Assembly: GCA_036555275.1 (NCBI GenBank)
Contig: DATBLR010000073.1
Span: forward strand, 1,079-65,078
Length of the DNA: 64,000 nt
Direction: 5' to 3'
Source of the DNA: Gemmatimonadales bacterium
GTDB taxonomy: Bacteria; Gemmatimonadota; Gemmatimonadetes; Gemmatimonadales; GWC2-71-9
The stretch's first letter is position 1. Every line of letters begins with the position of its first letter. The position numbers and the translations under genes are program-made. Under the pieces are notes generated by a model that was not told where the DNA came from, searched no databases, and saw only the letters and a program-made list of their open reading frames with translations. Below are positions 7,692-16,994 of the stretch, piece by piece.

Positions 7692-8978
7692 CTACGTCTT
7701 CAACTCCCGCTTCTTCGCCGCGGGAAACAGCACGTTGTTCAGGATCAGGCGATAGCCGGGTGAATGAGGGTGCAGCGACAGGTCCGACGGCGGATCGCCG
7801 ATCTGGTGCTGTGGATCCTCCGGATCGTGACCGCCGTAGAACGTCCAGGTACCCTGGCCCAGCTCGCCGTGGATGTACTTGACCCATGGCGCGCCGGGCT
7901 CATCGGCCAGCACGGTCACGGATGGCTTGAGGGTCCGCCGCGTGAACGAGGTAGTGAGACCGTAGAAATCCGGAATGACATCACGATGGTTCTGCACCAG
8001 CATCGTCGGAACCGGGTCGATCTTGGCGCTGAAGTTGAACAGTTTGAACGCGCCCAGCGGCTGGCGCCGATCGAGACTGTTCACCTGATGGCCGTCAATA
8101 TCGGAGAACGCCGGGATGTTGGGGGAGAGCTCGAGCTGGGCGTCCTGAAATGCCAGGGACCGGCTCCAGTCCATCTTGCGCGAGGCGTCGGGGTCCATGG
8201 GCGAACCGTCCGCATACGCCGCGGCGATGTCGACGTGCTCGCTAGCCAGGGCCAGCTCGATCGTCTCCGTCGCGGTGCACATGGCGAACAGGAACCCGCC
8301 CCGGTCCACGAAGGCCCGAATCTCGCGGGCCACCGCGCGCTTCTCTGCCGGGACGTTCGGAAAGCCCAGCTGGCGTGCCATCGCTTGGTTGCGCTGGACC
8401 ATGTCCGCCAGCCACGGCGCGCCGGCGTAGTTCAGATAGAACTTGGAATACTGTCCGGTGAAGTCTTCGTGGTGCAGGTGCAACCAGTCATAGTTCGTCA
8501 ACCCCCGGGCGATCACCTCCGCGTCCCAGATCTTCTCGAACGAGATCCCGGCGTAATTGAGGGCCATGGTCACGGCATCGTCCCAGGGAGACGCGTTGGG
8601 AGGGACGTACACCGCCACCTTCGGCGCCTTCTCCAGGGGGATCGCATCCATGTTCTCCTGCTGGATCTGCGCCTTGATGTCGGCCACCGGGCCGTCGCCA
8701 ATCGGCTGGGCGGTGACGCCCGCCAGCGCCGCGTCCCGCAAGACCCCCTGATCGCCCGGCACCAGGAAGGATCCGCCCCGGTAGTTGAGGAACCACTCGG
8801 CGCGGCCGCTGCGCTCCAGTACCCGGTAGGCGACGCCGTAGGCCTTCAGATGATCGGCCTGCGCGTCATCCATAGGAATGAGCAGCCAGGGCGCGCCGGT
8901 CGAGCCGGCAAGCCGCCGAGCCGCCAGGCCGCCGACCACCGTCCCGCCGAGGAACTCGAGAAACTCACGCCGTCTCAT
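7692..8978 (-). CDS. Tat-signal exported protein of unknown function (possible class-I glutamine-amidotransferase-like fold)
   Basis: 428-aa ORF with a twin-arginine motif at the N-terminus (MRRREFLEFLGG). The conserved-looking core includes KVAVYVPPNASPWDDAVTMAL, YDWLHLHHEDFTGQY and GGFLFAMCTATE. The start overlaps the upstream stop (ATGA). The family assignment is tentative. Confidence 0.7.
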   Translation of the reverse strand: MRRREFLEFLGGTVVGGLAARRLAGSTGAPWLLIPMDDAQADHLKAYGVAYRVLERSGRAEWFLNYRGGSFLVPGDQGVLRDAALAGVTAQPIGDGPVADIKAQIQQENMDAIPLEKAPKVAVYVPPNASPWDDAVTMALNYAGISFEKIWDAEVIARGLTNYDWLHLHHEDFTGQYSKFYLNYAGAPWLADMVQRNQAMARQLGFPNVPAEKRAVAREIRAFVDRGGFLFAMCTATETIELALASEHVDIAAAYADGSPMDPDASRKMDWSRSLAFQDAQLELSPNIPAFSDIDGHQVNSLDRRQPLGAFKLFNFSAKIDPVPTMLVQNHRDVIPDFYGLTTSFTRRTLKPSVTVLADEPGAPWVKYIHGELGQGTWTFYGGHDPEDPQHQIGDPPSDLSLHPHSPGYRLILNNVLFPAAKKRELKT

Positions 8979-10732
8979 GTTCTGGGCACCGCGCCTTTGG
9001 CCTGGTCGAGGAGCCGCCGCCCCTGAGGAACCAGGGCGCTGGCGGGATACTCGAGGATCATCCGTTCCAGCACTTGGGCGGCATCTGCAGGTCGCCCCTG
9101 GGCGATGAACATCCGTCCCAGCTCGAGCAGGGCGGCCGCCGCAGTATTGGGGGCTTCCTTGAGAACAGCGGCGTGCAGCAGGCGCTCCGCCGGTTCGACA
9201 TCGCCGGAGGCGGCATACAAGCGACCGGCGAACAGCATCATGTCGGCGCGGCCACCGGCAGCCGGCAGGTCCCGACCCACCTGCTCGAGTGCTTTTGCCG
9301 CACCGACGGTGTCCCCGCTATCGAGCATCCGGAATGCCCGGCCCAGGGGAGCCAGGGTATCCCCCGGAAGCGGCTGGATCAGCGCCAGGATTACCGACCG
9401 CGCCGTCGCTTCGTCGCGACTGCCGGCGAACGGCCCGGCCTGCTTCCACAGCTCCGTGGTGCCCTTCAGGTCCCCTGCGTACAGCCGCAGGCGTCCTCGC
9501 AGGGCCAGCCCTTCGACCCCGCTATCGGTAGCCAGCAGACCCTCGGCACGCCGCAGGTCTCCACCCTGGGCAATGCGAGCGGCGATGGCACGACGAAGCC
9601 GCAGGTAATCATCCACCGAGAGCGCACCCTGGTAGTGATCCAGCTGGGCCGCGGCCTCTTCCGTCTTCCCCTCCCGGACCAGGAGCTCGATGAGCGTTGC
9701 CGTCGCCCCAGCGGTGACCGCCGGCCCGCTGGAGGTATCACCCGCAATCTGGGTCAGCATTCGGCGCGCAGCCGGCCGGTCGCCGGCGGCAACATACGCA
9801 CGCGCAGCATCGAGCCGGAACCGCGCCCGCTGCCCGGCGCCGGCCCAGCGGTCGGCGATCGCCTCAAGGGCGCGGGCCTGTGCCAGCTGGTAGGTCGGAG
9901 TGGTTTCGGTTCGCGCAATTTCGAGGAAGGCCTGCAATGCGTCGACCTGCTGCGGTGCATTCGGCGGCAGCACCTTGAGCAGCGCTTCAAACGCTCCAAC
10001 CGGATCGCCCCACCGGGCCCGGAGATCGACGGCAATCCGCGCGGCATCGGGTCCAGGCTCCTTGTCCAAGACCTTGAGGATTTCGCCCCGCGCGCGCTCT
10101 GGCGCCGCCCCCAGCGTCGCAATGGCGGTCGAGCGATAGCCGGGAAGCTGGCGGACGGCGCGGGCCCATTCGCGGGATGCGGTGAGCCAGTCTTCCTCCA
10201 CCACAGCGAGCTGGGCGATCTCCGCCGCGAGCGCGTCGGGCTTTCGCAGCCGCTCTCGCGCCAGTTGGTAGGCCCGGCGCGCCATCGGTCGATCGCGGCG
10301 CTGCAGGGCGGCGGCGGCCCATTCCCGGTACGGAGTCTCGTCTCCCGGAGCCACACTCGACCACTGGTCCACCAGGTGAGGGAGGCTGTCGAGCAGATTC
10401 GCGGCAGCGTAGGTCCGGATGCCTATGGCATAGACCGGAAGCGCGGCGGGATTGGCCGCTATGGCCGCCCGCACCGCCGGCACCAGCTCCGACAGCCGAT
10501 TGATGGGAGTGAGGGAGCGCTCCAGGCCAAGCAGAGCGGCGATCTCGGCCGGGCGGTCCTTCAAAACCGACTTGTACAGCTCGGCCGCCTGGGCGTAGCT
10601 CCCTCGTCGCTCCAGGTCGAAGGCTCGGGATAGAGGATTCTGGGCAAACCCGACCGTCGGCAGGAACAGCATGCCAAGTCCGGTCAGCACGCTGCCCAGC
10701 GCAAGAAAGATCGGCGTGGGACGGCCGCTCAC
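8975..10732 (-). CDS. TPR-repeat protein with N-terminal signal/anchor
   Basis: 585 aa. The N-terminus is hydrophobic (PIFLALGSVLTGLGMLFLPTVGFA), followed by many Ala/Leu/Arg-rich TPR-like helical repeats (for example YAQAAELYKSVL and GRPADAAQVLERMILEYP). The GTG start forms a GTGA overlap with the upstream gene. Confidence 0.75.
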   Translation of the reverse strand: MSGRPTPIFLALGSVLTGLGMLFLPTVGFAQNPLSRAFDLERRGSYAQAAELYKSVLKDRPAEIAALLGLERSLTPINRLSELVPAVRAAIAANPAALPVYAIGIRTYAAANLLDSLPHLVDQWSSVAPGDETPYREWAAAALQRRDRPMARRAYQLARERLRKPDALAAEIAQLAVVEEDWLTASREWARAVRQLPGYRSTAIATLGAAPERARGEILKVLDKEPGPDAARIAVDLRARWGDPVGAFEALLKVLPPNAPQQVDALQAFLEIARTETTPTYQLAQARALEAIADRWAGAGQRARFRLDAARAYVAAGDRPAARRMLTQIAGDTSSGPAVTAGATATLIELLVREGKTEEAAAQLDHYQGALSVDDYLRLRRAIAARIAQGGDLRRAEGLLATDSGVEGLALRGRLRLYAGDLKGTTELWKQAGPFAGSRDEATARSVILALIQPLPGDTLAPLGRAFRMLDSGDTVGAAKALEQVGRDLPAAGGRADMMLFAGRLYAASGDVEPAERLLHAAVLKEAPNTAAAALLELGRMFIAQGRPADAAQVLERMILEYPASALVPQGRRLLDQAKGAVPRT

Positions 10733-13700
10733 GGTCGCTTCTCCCGCTCCCCAGGCTGCTCGCTGAGGCGGCGGAAGTACTCGACCACTCGACGACGGTC
10801 CTCGGGCGAGAGCCGCTGCAGCTCCTCCCAGGTGGGGATATGCAGCAGCGTCTCATCGCCGGTGAGCCGGGTGCGGAGCGCCGGTGGCAATCGCACACTG
10901 TCGTCCCTGGCCGTCGTGCTCTGGCGCTCCTGCTTCTCATCCTGCTCCTGGCCCTGCAGAGTGCGGCCGGCATCGAGCATCCGCCGGAACAGCCGCTCCT
11001 GGCGCTCCACGGTCTGTCGGTCGAGTCGTCCTGCCTCGAGGGTGCGCGCCAGGTCTTTCGCCTCCTGTGCCATGTCGGCGGCGCCGGGGATCTGGCCTCC
11101 AGCCCGCATCCGGTCGAGCCGCTCCGACAGGGCGCGCTGCTGGGCCGCGAGGGCACGGAGTTGTTCCTGGATCTGACCGCCGCCCTGACCCATCTGCGGC
11201 AGCATTCCGCCCGACTGTTGCCCGATCTGACCCTGCTGCTGAGCCATCCGGGCCATCTGTTCCATCGCCTCCTGCAGTCCGGAGCCGGTCTCGGCCCCCT
11301 CCACCGACCCGCGACTGCGCAGCAGGGCGTGGGCGGCGGCGTTCAGCGCATCGACGGCGTCCTCGGAACGACGAGCGGCCTCCCGGGTGTTGGGCGCGGC
11401 ATTGGCGAGTGCCTCCCGGGCCCGGGTCATGTTATCGCGGCCGGCGGCCAGGGCGACACTCGACTGCTGGGACACCAGGGCGTTCTTGCCACCCAGATCC
11501 TTTACCTGCTCAAGCAGCCGTTCCACACCCTCCTCGATCGCCCCCTGTTCCGCCCGCACGGACGGCGAGGCATCGCCTCGCCGCAACTGATCGGCGACGC
11601 CCAACTGTCGCTCCGCCAGCCGGCTGGCATCGCTCAGGGCCCGGTCCAGTGCCTCCACGACCTCCTGCCGCCATTCCTGTTGCAGCTGCCGGCGCTGCTC
11701 GGCCAGTTGATCGCCCAGGGGGTCCAGCTCCTCGGAGGCCTGCTGGCCCTGCTGCTGAGCCCTGGGTTTGTTTCCCTGACTGGCCGAGGTGCCGGCCTGC
11801 TCCATTCGGTCGGCCGCTCGCCGGGCCTGCTCCCCGGCCTGGTCCAGCGCGGCCTGCCGGTCGGCATTGTCGTGGGCCAGCTCCTTCGCCAGGCGTTCGA
11901 GCGCGGCGCCCAGCGAGTCCGTCCGGGCCGCCAGCGCCGATTCCTCTCGCGCGGCCCGAACCGAATCCAGGGCCGGCACCTGCTGCGTCCACTGCTTCTG
12001 CTCCAGGGCCAGGTCCTTGGCCTCCGCCGTCAGGTTCGCCATGTCCCCTTCGATGGCGGCCCGCTTGAAGAGCTCCCGGCTCCGCTCCAACGCGTCCCGC
12101 AACTGCTGTTGCACCTCTGCCAGTTTCTCCAGCGCTTCCCGGGTCCGCTCCGGATCCAGCTCCTTGAGTGCCCGCTGCAGCTCGGCCAGGCGCTCCCGAA
12201 GCTCCGGGGTGAGGGCCCGGTCAAGCTGCTCCTGGATTTCCTTGAGGCGCTGCTGCCACGCGGGATCGTTGAGGCCGGCCGCCTCGACACTTCGCTGCAG
12301 CGCTTCGAGCGCATCCTTGATCTGCTCCGCCTGATGTACCAGCTCCTGCTGTGATTCCGCCACGCTTTCCGCCCGCTTGGCGTTCTCGAAGCTGAGCGAC
12401 TCCTCTGGTCCCCCGCCGGCATTCTGACCCGCCCGGGGACGCTCGCGGGAGAGGTCCTCGGTCTGGCGTTCCAGCTTCCGGCTGGCCTGAGCGACGCTGT
12501 CGAGCTGCCGGCTCACCTGCGCGGCCGTCTCCCGCGCCGCGTCCCGTACCTCGCTCAGCGTCGGCAGCCTGAGAACGAATTCCCTCGACCGGGTAACGTG
12601 CGGCACCGGGGCGTTGTCGCTCGCCCGGACCAGGAAACGGACGGTGTCGCCCGGCAACAGGCCCCGCTGGTTGAGATCCAGTTCATAGGGCAGGATGGCG
12701 CGATCGTGCGCGCCGTCCGGAAGCCCGATGGTCTCGAGCCGGGCCGGATCCTCGAATCCGAGACGACTGATGCGCCGGCTCTCCACCACCACCCGGCTCA
12801 GGCCGTGATCGTCCGCCGCGTCCACGATCAGAGGAACCCGGAGGGTCAGGGGCACCACGGTGTCGGCGCCCGGCACCGGCACGTCCACCCGGGGGGCGCT
12901 GTCCGGCACGGTGATCACCGGGATGCGAACGGTGTCGCCGGCAAGCGGGTGGCCGCTCGCCGTCCGGAGCGCCAGCCGCCAGACTCGCGTGCCGGCCGGT
13001 GTGAAGCCGCCCTGGAACGCTGGCCCGGCGACGGAAAGCGGAACCTCGCTCCCCGCCGATTGCCAGCTTGCGCGGACCAGGGCGGCCGTCGCCTCACCGC
13101 GGGTTTCCAGTCGGGTGCCCTCGGGAACCACCACCGTGTCCCCGTCGGTCGGAATCTGCTCGTCTTCGAGTCCGAGATAACCCGGATACCGGGCGGTGAC
13201 TCTGAGAGTGCCGAGGAAGGCGGCCATGCGAATCCTGACCTGCAGCGTGTCCGAGCTGCGCCCGCCGCTGGTGAGCCGGACGAACAGGTCGCTGTCGAGC
13301 GGCCCAAGGGTCGTGGTGGCCCTGCCTAACGAATCCAGCACGAGGCCGCGACCCTTCCACGATTCGCCGGGAGCACGCACCCACAGAATGGCCCGCTGCC
13401 GGCCGCGGGCGATGACCGCGACGTCCACCTGCCCTCCTCGATCCACTTCTTCGCTGCTGAGCGAGATGGCCAGCGGAGCCAGGCTGGCCTCCCAGGCGTC
13501 GGACGGCCGCCACAGGAGTGCCGCCGGCCCATGCGTGGAGCGGGCCGAGATCAGCAACAGCGCACCAAGGATGAGCCCGGCTCCGGCCTGCAGCGCCCGG
13601 CGCCGCAAGGGCCGCCGCACAATGGGAACCAGCGCCGGCGCCCGTGCCGCCAGCTCCGCCGCCTGGCGTCCGTCCGCCACGGAGAGCAGGGCCTCGCTCG

Positions 13701-14022
13701 TCCCGCGCGCCGCCGCCTCGAGGTGGCCGCTCAGCGAGCCATGCCGGAAGCCCCGCGACTCGAGCTGGCCCGCGAGCCAGGCCGGTGTCAGGACCCGCCG
13801 CTGACGGAGCGCGAGCAGGGCCAGCGATGCGACCAGCACGAGCGATAGGCCCCACACCGCCAGAACCCACCACGGCTGGCCGAACCACCCCAGCCGGGCG
13901 CCCCAGGCACCAAGTCCCAGGAGCAGGGCCACACCCCCGCTCGCGCCCATGGCCCAGGCGGTGAGCGATAAACGCCGAAATCCGCCAGTGAGAGCTCGCA
14001 GCACCGTTCCCGTACGGCTCAC
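10729..14022 (-). CDS. Giant membrane protein with long Gln/Glu/Arg/Ala-rich coiled-coil region (DUF4175-like, tentative)
   Basis: 1097 aa with N-terminal TM helices (GGVALLLGLGAWGA, WWVLAVWGLSLVLVASLALLAL, AGLILGALLLISA). A beta-rich middle part is followed by about 500 aa of heptad-like low-complexity helix, and the protein ends in VVEYFRRLSEQ. It is flanked by 4-nt overlaps on both sides. Confidence 0.75.
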   Translation of the reverse strand: MSRTGTVLRALTGGFRRLSLTAWAMGASGGVALLLGLGAWGARLGWFGQPWWVLAVWGLSLVLVASLALLALRQRRVLTPAWLAGQLESRGFRHGSLSGHLEAAARGTSEALLSVADGRQAAELAARAPALVPIVRRPLRRRALQAGAGLILGALLLISARSTHGPAALLWRPSDAWEASLAPLAISLSSEEVDRGGQVDVAVIARGRQRAILWVRAPGESWKGRGLVLDSLGRATTTLGPLDSDLFVRLTSGGRSSDTLQVRIRMAAFLGTLRVTARYPGYLGLEDEQIPTDGDTVVVPEGTRLETRGEATAALVRASWQSAGSEVPLSVAGPAFQGGFTPAGTRVWRLALRTASGHPLAGDTVRIPVITVPDSAPRVDVPVPGADTVVPLTLRVPLIVDAADDHGLSRVVVESRRISRLGFEDPARLETIGLPDGAHDRAILPYELDLNQRGLLPGDTVRFLVRASDNAPVPHVTRSREFVLRLPTLSEVRDAARETAAQVSRQLDSVAQASRKLERQTEDLSRERPRAGQNAGGGPEESLSFENAKRAESVAESQQELVHQAEQIKDALEALQRSVEAAGLNDPAWQQRLKEIQEQLDRALTPELRERLAELQRALKELDPERTREALEKLAEVQQQLRDALERSRELFKRAAIEGDMANLTAEAKDLALEQKQWTQQVPALDSVRAAREESALAARTDSLGAALERLAKELAHDNADRQAALDQAGEQARRAADRMEQAGTSASQGNKPRAQQQGQQASEELDPLGDQLAEQRRQLQQEWRQEVVEALDRALSDASRLAERQLGVADQLRRGDASPSVRAEQGAIEEGVERLLEQVKDLGGKNALVSQQSSVALAAGRDNMTRAREALANAAPNTREAARRSEDAVDALNAAAHALLRSRGSVEGAETGSGLQEAMEQMARMAQQQGQIGQQSGGMLPQMGQGGGQIQEQLRALAAQQRALSERLDRMRAGGQIPGAADMAQEAKDLARTLEAGRLDRQTVERQERLFRRMLDAGRTLQGQEQDEKQERQSTTARDDSVRLPPALRTRLTGDETLLHIPTWEELQRLSPEDRRRVVEYFRRLSEQPGEREKRP

Positions 14023-14714
14023 CGGACGCTCCCTCCATACCCGACCGCGTAGGAGAACAGGTTCACGCCCATCCTGAGTGCCGCCTCATGCTTCTCCGGC
14101 GGATCCCGGTGCACCTCGAAGTCTTCCCACCCATCACCGAGATCGCACTGGTAGTCATAGAATACGGCCAGGCGCCCATCCAGGAAGATACCGAAGCCCT
14201 GGGCCGGTTTGCCGTCGTGTTCGTGGATCTTGGGAAGCCCCTTGGGAAAGTCGTAGACCAGATGGTAGATGGGATGGTCCAGCGGCACTTCGACCAGCGG
14301 GTGATCGGGGAACAGGCGGAGCATCTCCCGGCGGAAGAATTCGTCCATGCCGTAGTTGTCGCTCGCGTGGAGGAACCCGCCCTGCAGCAGCCAGCGTCGC
14401 AGCACGACCAGCTCCGGGTCGCTGAAGTGGATGTTGCCGTGTCCCGTCACGTGGACATACGGCACCGTCCAGATCTCGTCGTCGAGCAGTCGGACCACCT
14501 TCTCCCGCGCAGCGACCCGCAGCGTCGTGCGGGTCTCAATGGCGTGGAGCAGATTGGGAAGGCTTGACGGATTCGCGTACCAATCCCCCCCACCATCATA
14601 GTGCAGCCGCCCGATGGTCATCGTGGCGACCGGTTCCGGCGCGGACTGACCCGCCAGGCGGGCCGGCGTCGCCGCCAGCAGCAACTGGAGACCAAAACAG
14701 AGATAGCGGGTCAT
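14019..14714 (-). CDS. DUF4159 domain-containing protein (signal peptide)
   Basis: RLHYDGGGDWYANPSSLPNLL...PYVHVTGHGNIHFSDPELVVLRRWLLQGGFLHASDNYGMD matches my memory of the DUF4159 signature. It has an N-terminal signal (LLLAATPARLAGQ) and ATGA/GTGA overlaps with both neighbours. Confidence 0.75.
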   Translation of the reverse strand: MTRYLCFGLQLLLAATPARLAGQSAPEPVATMTIGRLHYDGGGDWYANPSSLPNLLHAIETRTTLRVAAREKVVRLLDDEIWTVPYVHVTGHGNIHFSDPELVVLRRWLLQGGFLHASDNYGMDEFFRREMLRLFPDHPLVEVPLDHPIYHLVYDFPKGLPKIHEHDGKPAQGFGIFLDGRLAVFYDYQCDLGDGWEDFEVHRDPPEKHEAALRMGVNLFSYAVGYGGSVR

Positions 14715-15544
14715 GGCAGCGACGTTACGATTCGGTACGCCTCGTTGCGTGACACGCCCAGGTCGGCCACCAGGCGCTGGACGACGGCTTTGCGGGTCAG
14801 TCCGTCGGACAGCATCGCCGCGGCGAGCCCGGTGACATCCGACAGGGGCGCGGAGGGAGACGCCTTGTCACCCCGGCCCGCCACAACCACCGTGACCTCG
14901 CCCCGAACCTCTGATTGCCGGTAGTACGAGGCGAGATCCGCGAGGGTTCCCGGCCGGAATTCCTCGTGCAGTTTCGTGATCTCCCGCGCCACCACCGCCT
15001 CCCGTTCGGGCCCCAGAACACCGGCGAGATCATCCAGCAGGTCGACCAGTCGTGCGGGCGCCTCGTACAGCACGCCGGTCCAGGGCGATTCGGCGAGGGC
15101 GTTCAGCAATCGCTCGCGATCACGACCTTTGCGGGGAAGGAAGCCGAGGAACAGGTACCGGTCGGCGGGCAGGCCGGCGGCGGACAGCGCCGTAGTGACC
15201 GCTGAGGGGCCGGGAATCGGCACCACGGCGAAGCCCGCCTCACGGGCGGCCCGGACCAGCTGTTCCCCGGGATCGCTCACGCCGGGCGTCCCGGCATCCG
15301 AAACCAGGGCGACATCCCGACCTTCCCCCAGAATCTCCAGCACCCGGTGCTGGCGCCGCTCGGGTGAATGAGCGTGAAAGCTCAGGACCTTGGGGTGGGC
15401 ATTCAGATGGGACAGCAGCCCCCGCACCCGCCGCGTGTCCTCAGCCGCCACGACCGGGACCTGGCGGAGCGTCTCAACCGCACGCGACGACAGATCCCCA
15501 AGGTTCCCGAGCGGGGTGGCGACGACGAACAGAGTGGCCGGCAT
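14711..15544 (-). CDS. rsmI: 16S rRNA (cytidine1402-2'-O)-methyltransferase RsmI
   Basis: MPATLFVVATPLGNLGDLSSRAVETL...AAEDTR...SDAGTPGVSDPG...LYEAP is the canonical tetrapyrrole-methylase-fold RsmI pattern. I trimmed the start to the ATG at 15544. The track ORF reaching 16006 reads through the opposite-frame trxA region. Confidence 0.9.
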   Translation of the reverse strand: MPATLFVVATPLGNLGDLSSRAVETLRQVPVVAAEDTRRVRGLLSHLNAHPKVLSFHAHSPERRQHRVLEILGEGRDVALVSDAGTPGVSDPGEQLVRAAREAGFAVVPIPGPSAVTTALSAAGLPADRYLFLGFLPRKGRDRERLLNALAESPWTGVLYEAPARLVDLLDDLAGVLGPEREAVVAREITKLHEEFRPGTLADLASYYRQSEVRGEVTVVVAGRGDKASPSAPLSDVTGLAAAMLSDGLTRKAVVQRLVADLGVSRNEAYRIVTSLP

Positions 15545-15606
15545 GGGCGAAAGGTAAGGCCGGCCCCGGGGAGGGGAGAGGGGAGACCCTAACGGGGGAG
15601 AGGCCC

Positions 15607-15945
15607 TCAGGACAGATGATGCTGGATCTTGCCCTCGAGAATCGTCTTGATCCGCGGATCGGCCCCGATGACCGTGTCCACGTGCTTGCCGTCCTTGAAG
15701 AACATGATGGTGGGGATGGACCGGACGTTGAACCTTACAGCGGTGTTCTGGTTGGTGTCGGTGTCGAGCTTGGCGATCTTCACCTTTCCCTCGAACTGAT
15801 CCGCCAGTTGCTCGATCACCGGTGCGATCGCCTGACACGGCCCGCACCACACGGCCCAGAAGTCTACCAGGGCAAGGCCCTTGGCATGCTCGATCTCCGA
15901 GGCGAAGTTCTTGTCGGTGACATTGACAATGTTGGCGTTGGCCAT
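15607..15945 (-). CDS. trxA: Thioredoxin
   Basis: 112 aa with the WCGPC active site (DFWAVWCGPCQAIAP) and typical length. The ATG is at 15945. Confidence 0.95.
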   Translation of the reverse strand: MANANIVNVTDKNFASEIEHAKGLALVDFWAVWCGPCQAIAPVIEQLADQFEGKVKIAKLDTDTNQNTAVRFNVRSIPTIMFFKDGKHVDTVIGADPRIKTILEGKIQHHLS

Positions 15946-16005
15946 GCGTTCCAGGTCCTTTCCCGTTACTCTGAGCGAGGCGCGGTGCTCCGCGCCGGAA
16001 TTCCA

Positions 16006-16428
16006 ATGCCCCAGCCGCCGTCCGGACTGCGCCTCCCCGATCGTCCCGTCATCGCCCATATCGGCGTCGCCGTCTCGCGCATCGAGGACGCCTTACCCTT
16101 CTATCGCGACGTGCTCGGTCTTACGCCGGGCCCGCCCGAGGAAGCTGACGGCGCGCGCATCGTGTCACTCCGGTTCGGCTCCGCGACTGTCGAGTTGCTC
16201 GAGTCTGTGACAGCCGACGGTCCCATCGCCCGGTTCCTGGCCCGCCGAGGTCCAGGTATCCACCACGTCTGTTATCGCGTTCCTGATCTGGATCGCGCGC
16301 TGGCCGCCTGCCGGGCCGCCGGATACCGGCTGATCGACGAGGTTCCCCGTGTGGGCGCCGGCGGCCACCGCATCGCCTTCATCCACCCCAAGAGCACCGC
16401 GGGTATCCTGATTGAGCTGACCGAGTGA
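16006..16428 (+). CDS. mce: Methylmalonyl-CoA epimerase / VOC (glyoxalase) family protein
   Basis: IAHIGVAVSRIEDALPFYRDVLGL...GPGIHHVCYRVPDLD...RIAFIHPKSTAGILIELTE is typical of methylmalonyl-CoA epimerases. I chose the ATG at 16006. The 5' part of the track ORF is antisense to rsmI/trxA. Confidence 0.8.
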   Translation: MPQPPSGLRLPDRPVIAHIGVAVSRIEDALPFYRDVLGLTPGPPEEADGARIVSLRFGSATVELLESVTADGPIARFLARRGPGIHHVCYRVPDLDRALAACRAAGYRLIDEVPRVGAGGHRIAFIHPKSTAGILIELTE

Positions 16429-16440
16429 CCGGTCGAGCCG

Positions 16441-16932
16441 TTACGACTTCGGCGGCTCGGCGGCCGGGATCGGGGCAGTACAGGAGCGGCCCGGAGTCCC
16501 GACCTGGGTGAGGTCGATGGCCGTGACGATCCAGCCCTGCTTGCCGGTGTTCACCACGGTGAACGGGACCTTCCGGATGCAGCGCTTGCCGTCGCGATCG
16601 CTCCGGTCGAACTCCAGATGCACCGTTTGCCGGGCGGGATCGTTCACCACTGGGTCGGTCTTGCTCACCTTGAACGGCGAGTCTCGCAGGAATGCCTGGG
16701 TGATTGACAGCCGCTGGACGTAGTCCTGTGGCTGGCCGGTTGTCGAGGCCGGCCCCCGCGAGGTTCCCCAGTAGCGCCCCATCCGGGTGATATTGCTGTC
16801 CGCTACCGCCTGCATGAAGTTCCGAACTGCCCCCTCGGGCGTGGTGGCCATCTCCTGCGGCGCGGGACTCGCCCCGCTCCCGCCACAGGCGACGCTGAGC
16901 AACACGGCCCCACATACCCATGGTCGGGACAC
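16441..16932 (-). CDS. Hypothetical lipoprotein
   Basis: The GTG at 16932 is preceded by GGAGGA 4 nt upstream. It gives the signal VSRPWVCGAVLLSVAC with a lipobox-like LSVAC. The rest is non-biased and I recognise no family. The longer TTG start at 16995 would overlap the pdxJ start. Confidence 0.6.
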   Translation of the reverse strand: MSRPWVCGAVLLSVACGGSGASPAPQEMATTPEGAVRNFMQAVADSNITRMGRYWGTSRGPASTTGQPQDYVQRLSITQAFLRDSPFKVSKTDPVVNDPARQTVHLEFDRSDRDGKRCIRKVPFTVVNTGKQGWIVTAIDLTQVGTPGRSCTAPIPAAEPPKS

Positions 16933-16994
16933 AGCATCCTCCGGCCTTCGGGGAACGAATGGGCGCAACTTAAACGCGCCCTGTGGAGCGGGCA

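Noticed and set aside
10840-12354. 504-aa and 394-aa plus-strand ORFs antisense to the giant coiled-coil gene, with similar cases at 35999..38044 (681 aa), 44926..46359 (477 aa), 38252..39190, 39314..40831 and 56546..57760
   Set aside because: All are low-complexity Leu/Gly/Arg/Pro-rich translations on the strand opposite clearly identifiable genes (smc, Dak2-DegV, the Omp85-like protein, the CsgG-like protein/mlaE). They are GC-driven shadow ORFs.
15946-16005. Small hairpin gcgcgg-tgct-ccgcgc in the trxA/mce divergent intergenic region as a regulatory element
   Set aside because: It has only a 6-bp GC stem in GC-rich DNA, with no flanking promoter-like hexamers that I could align. It is indistinguishable from chance.
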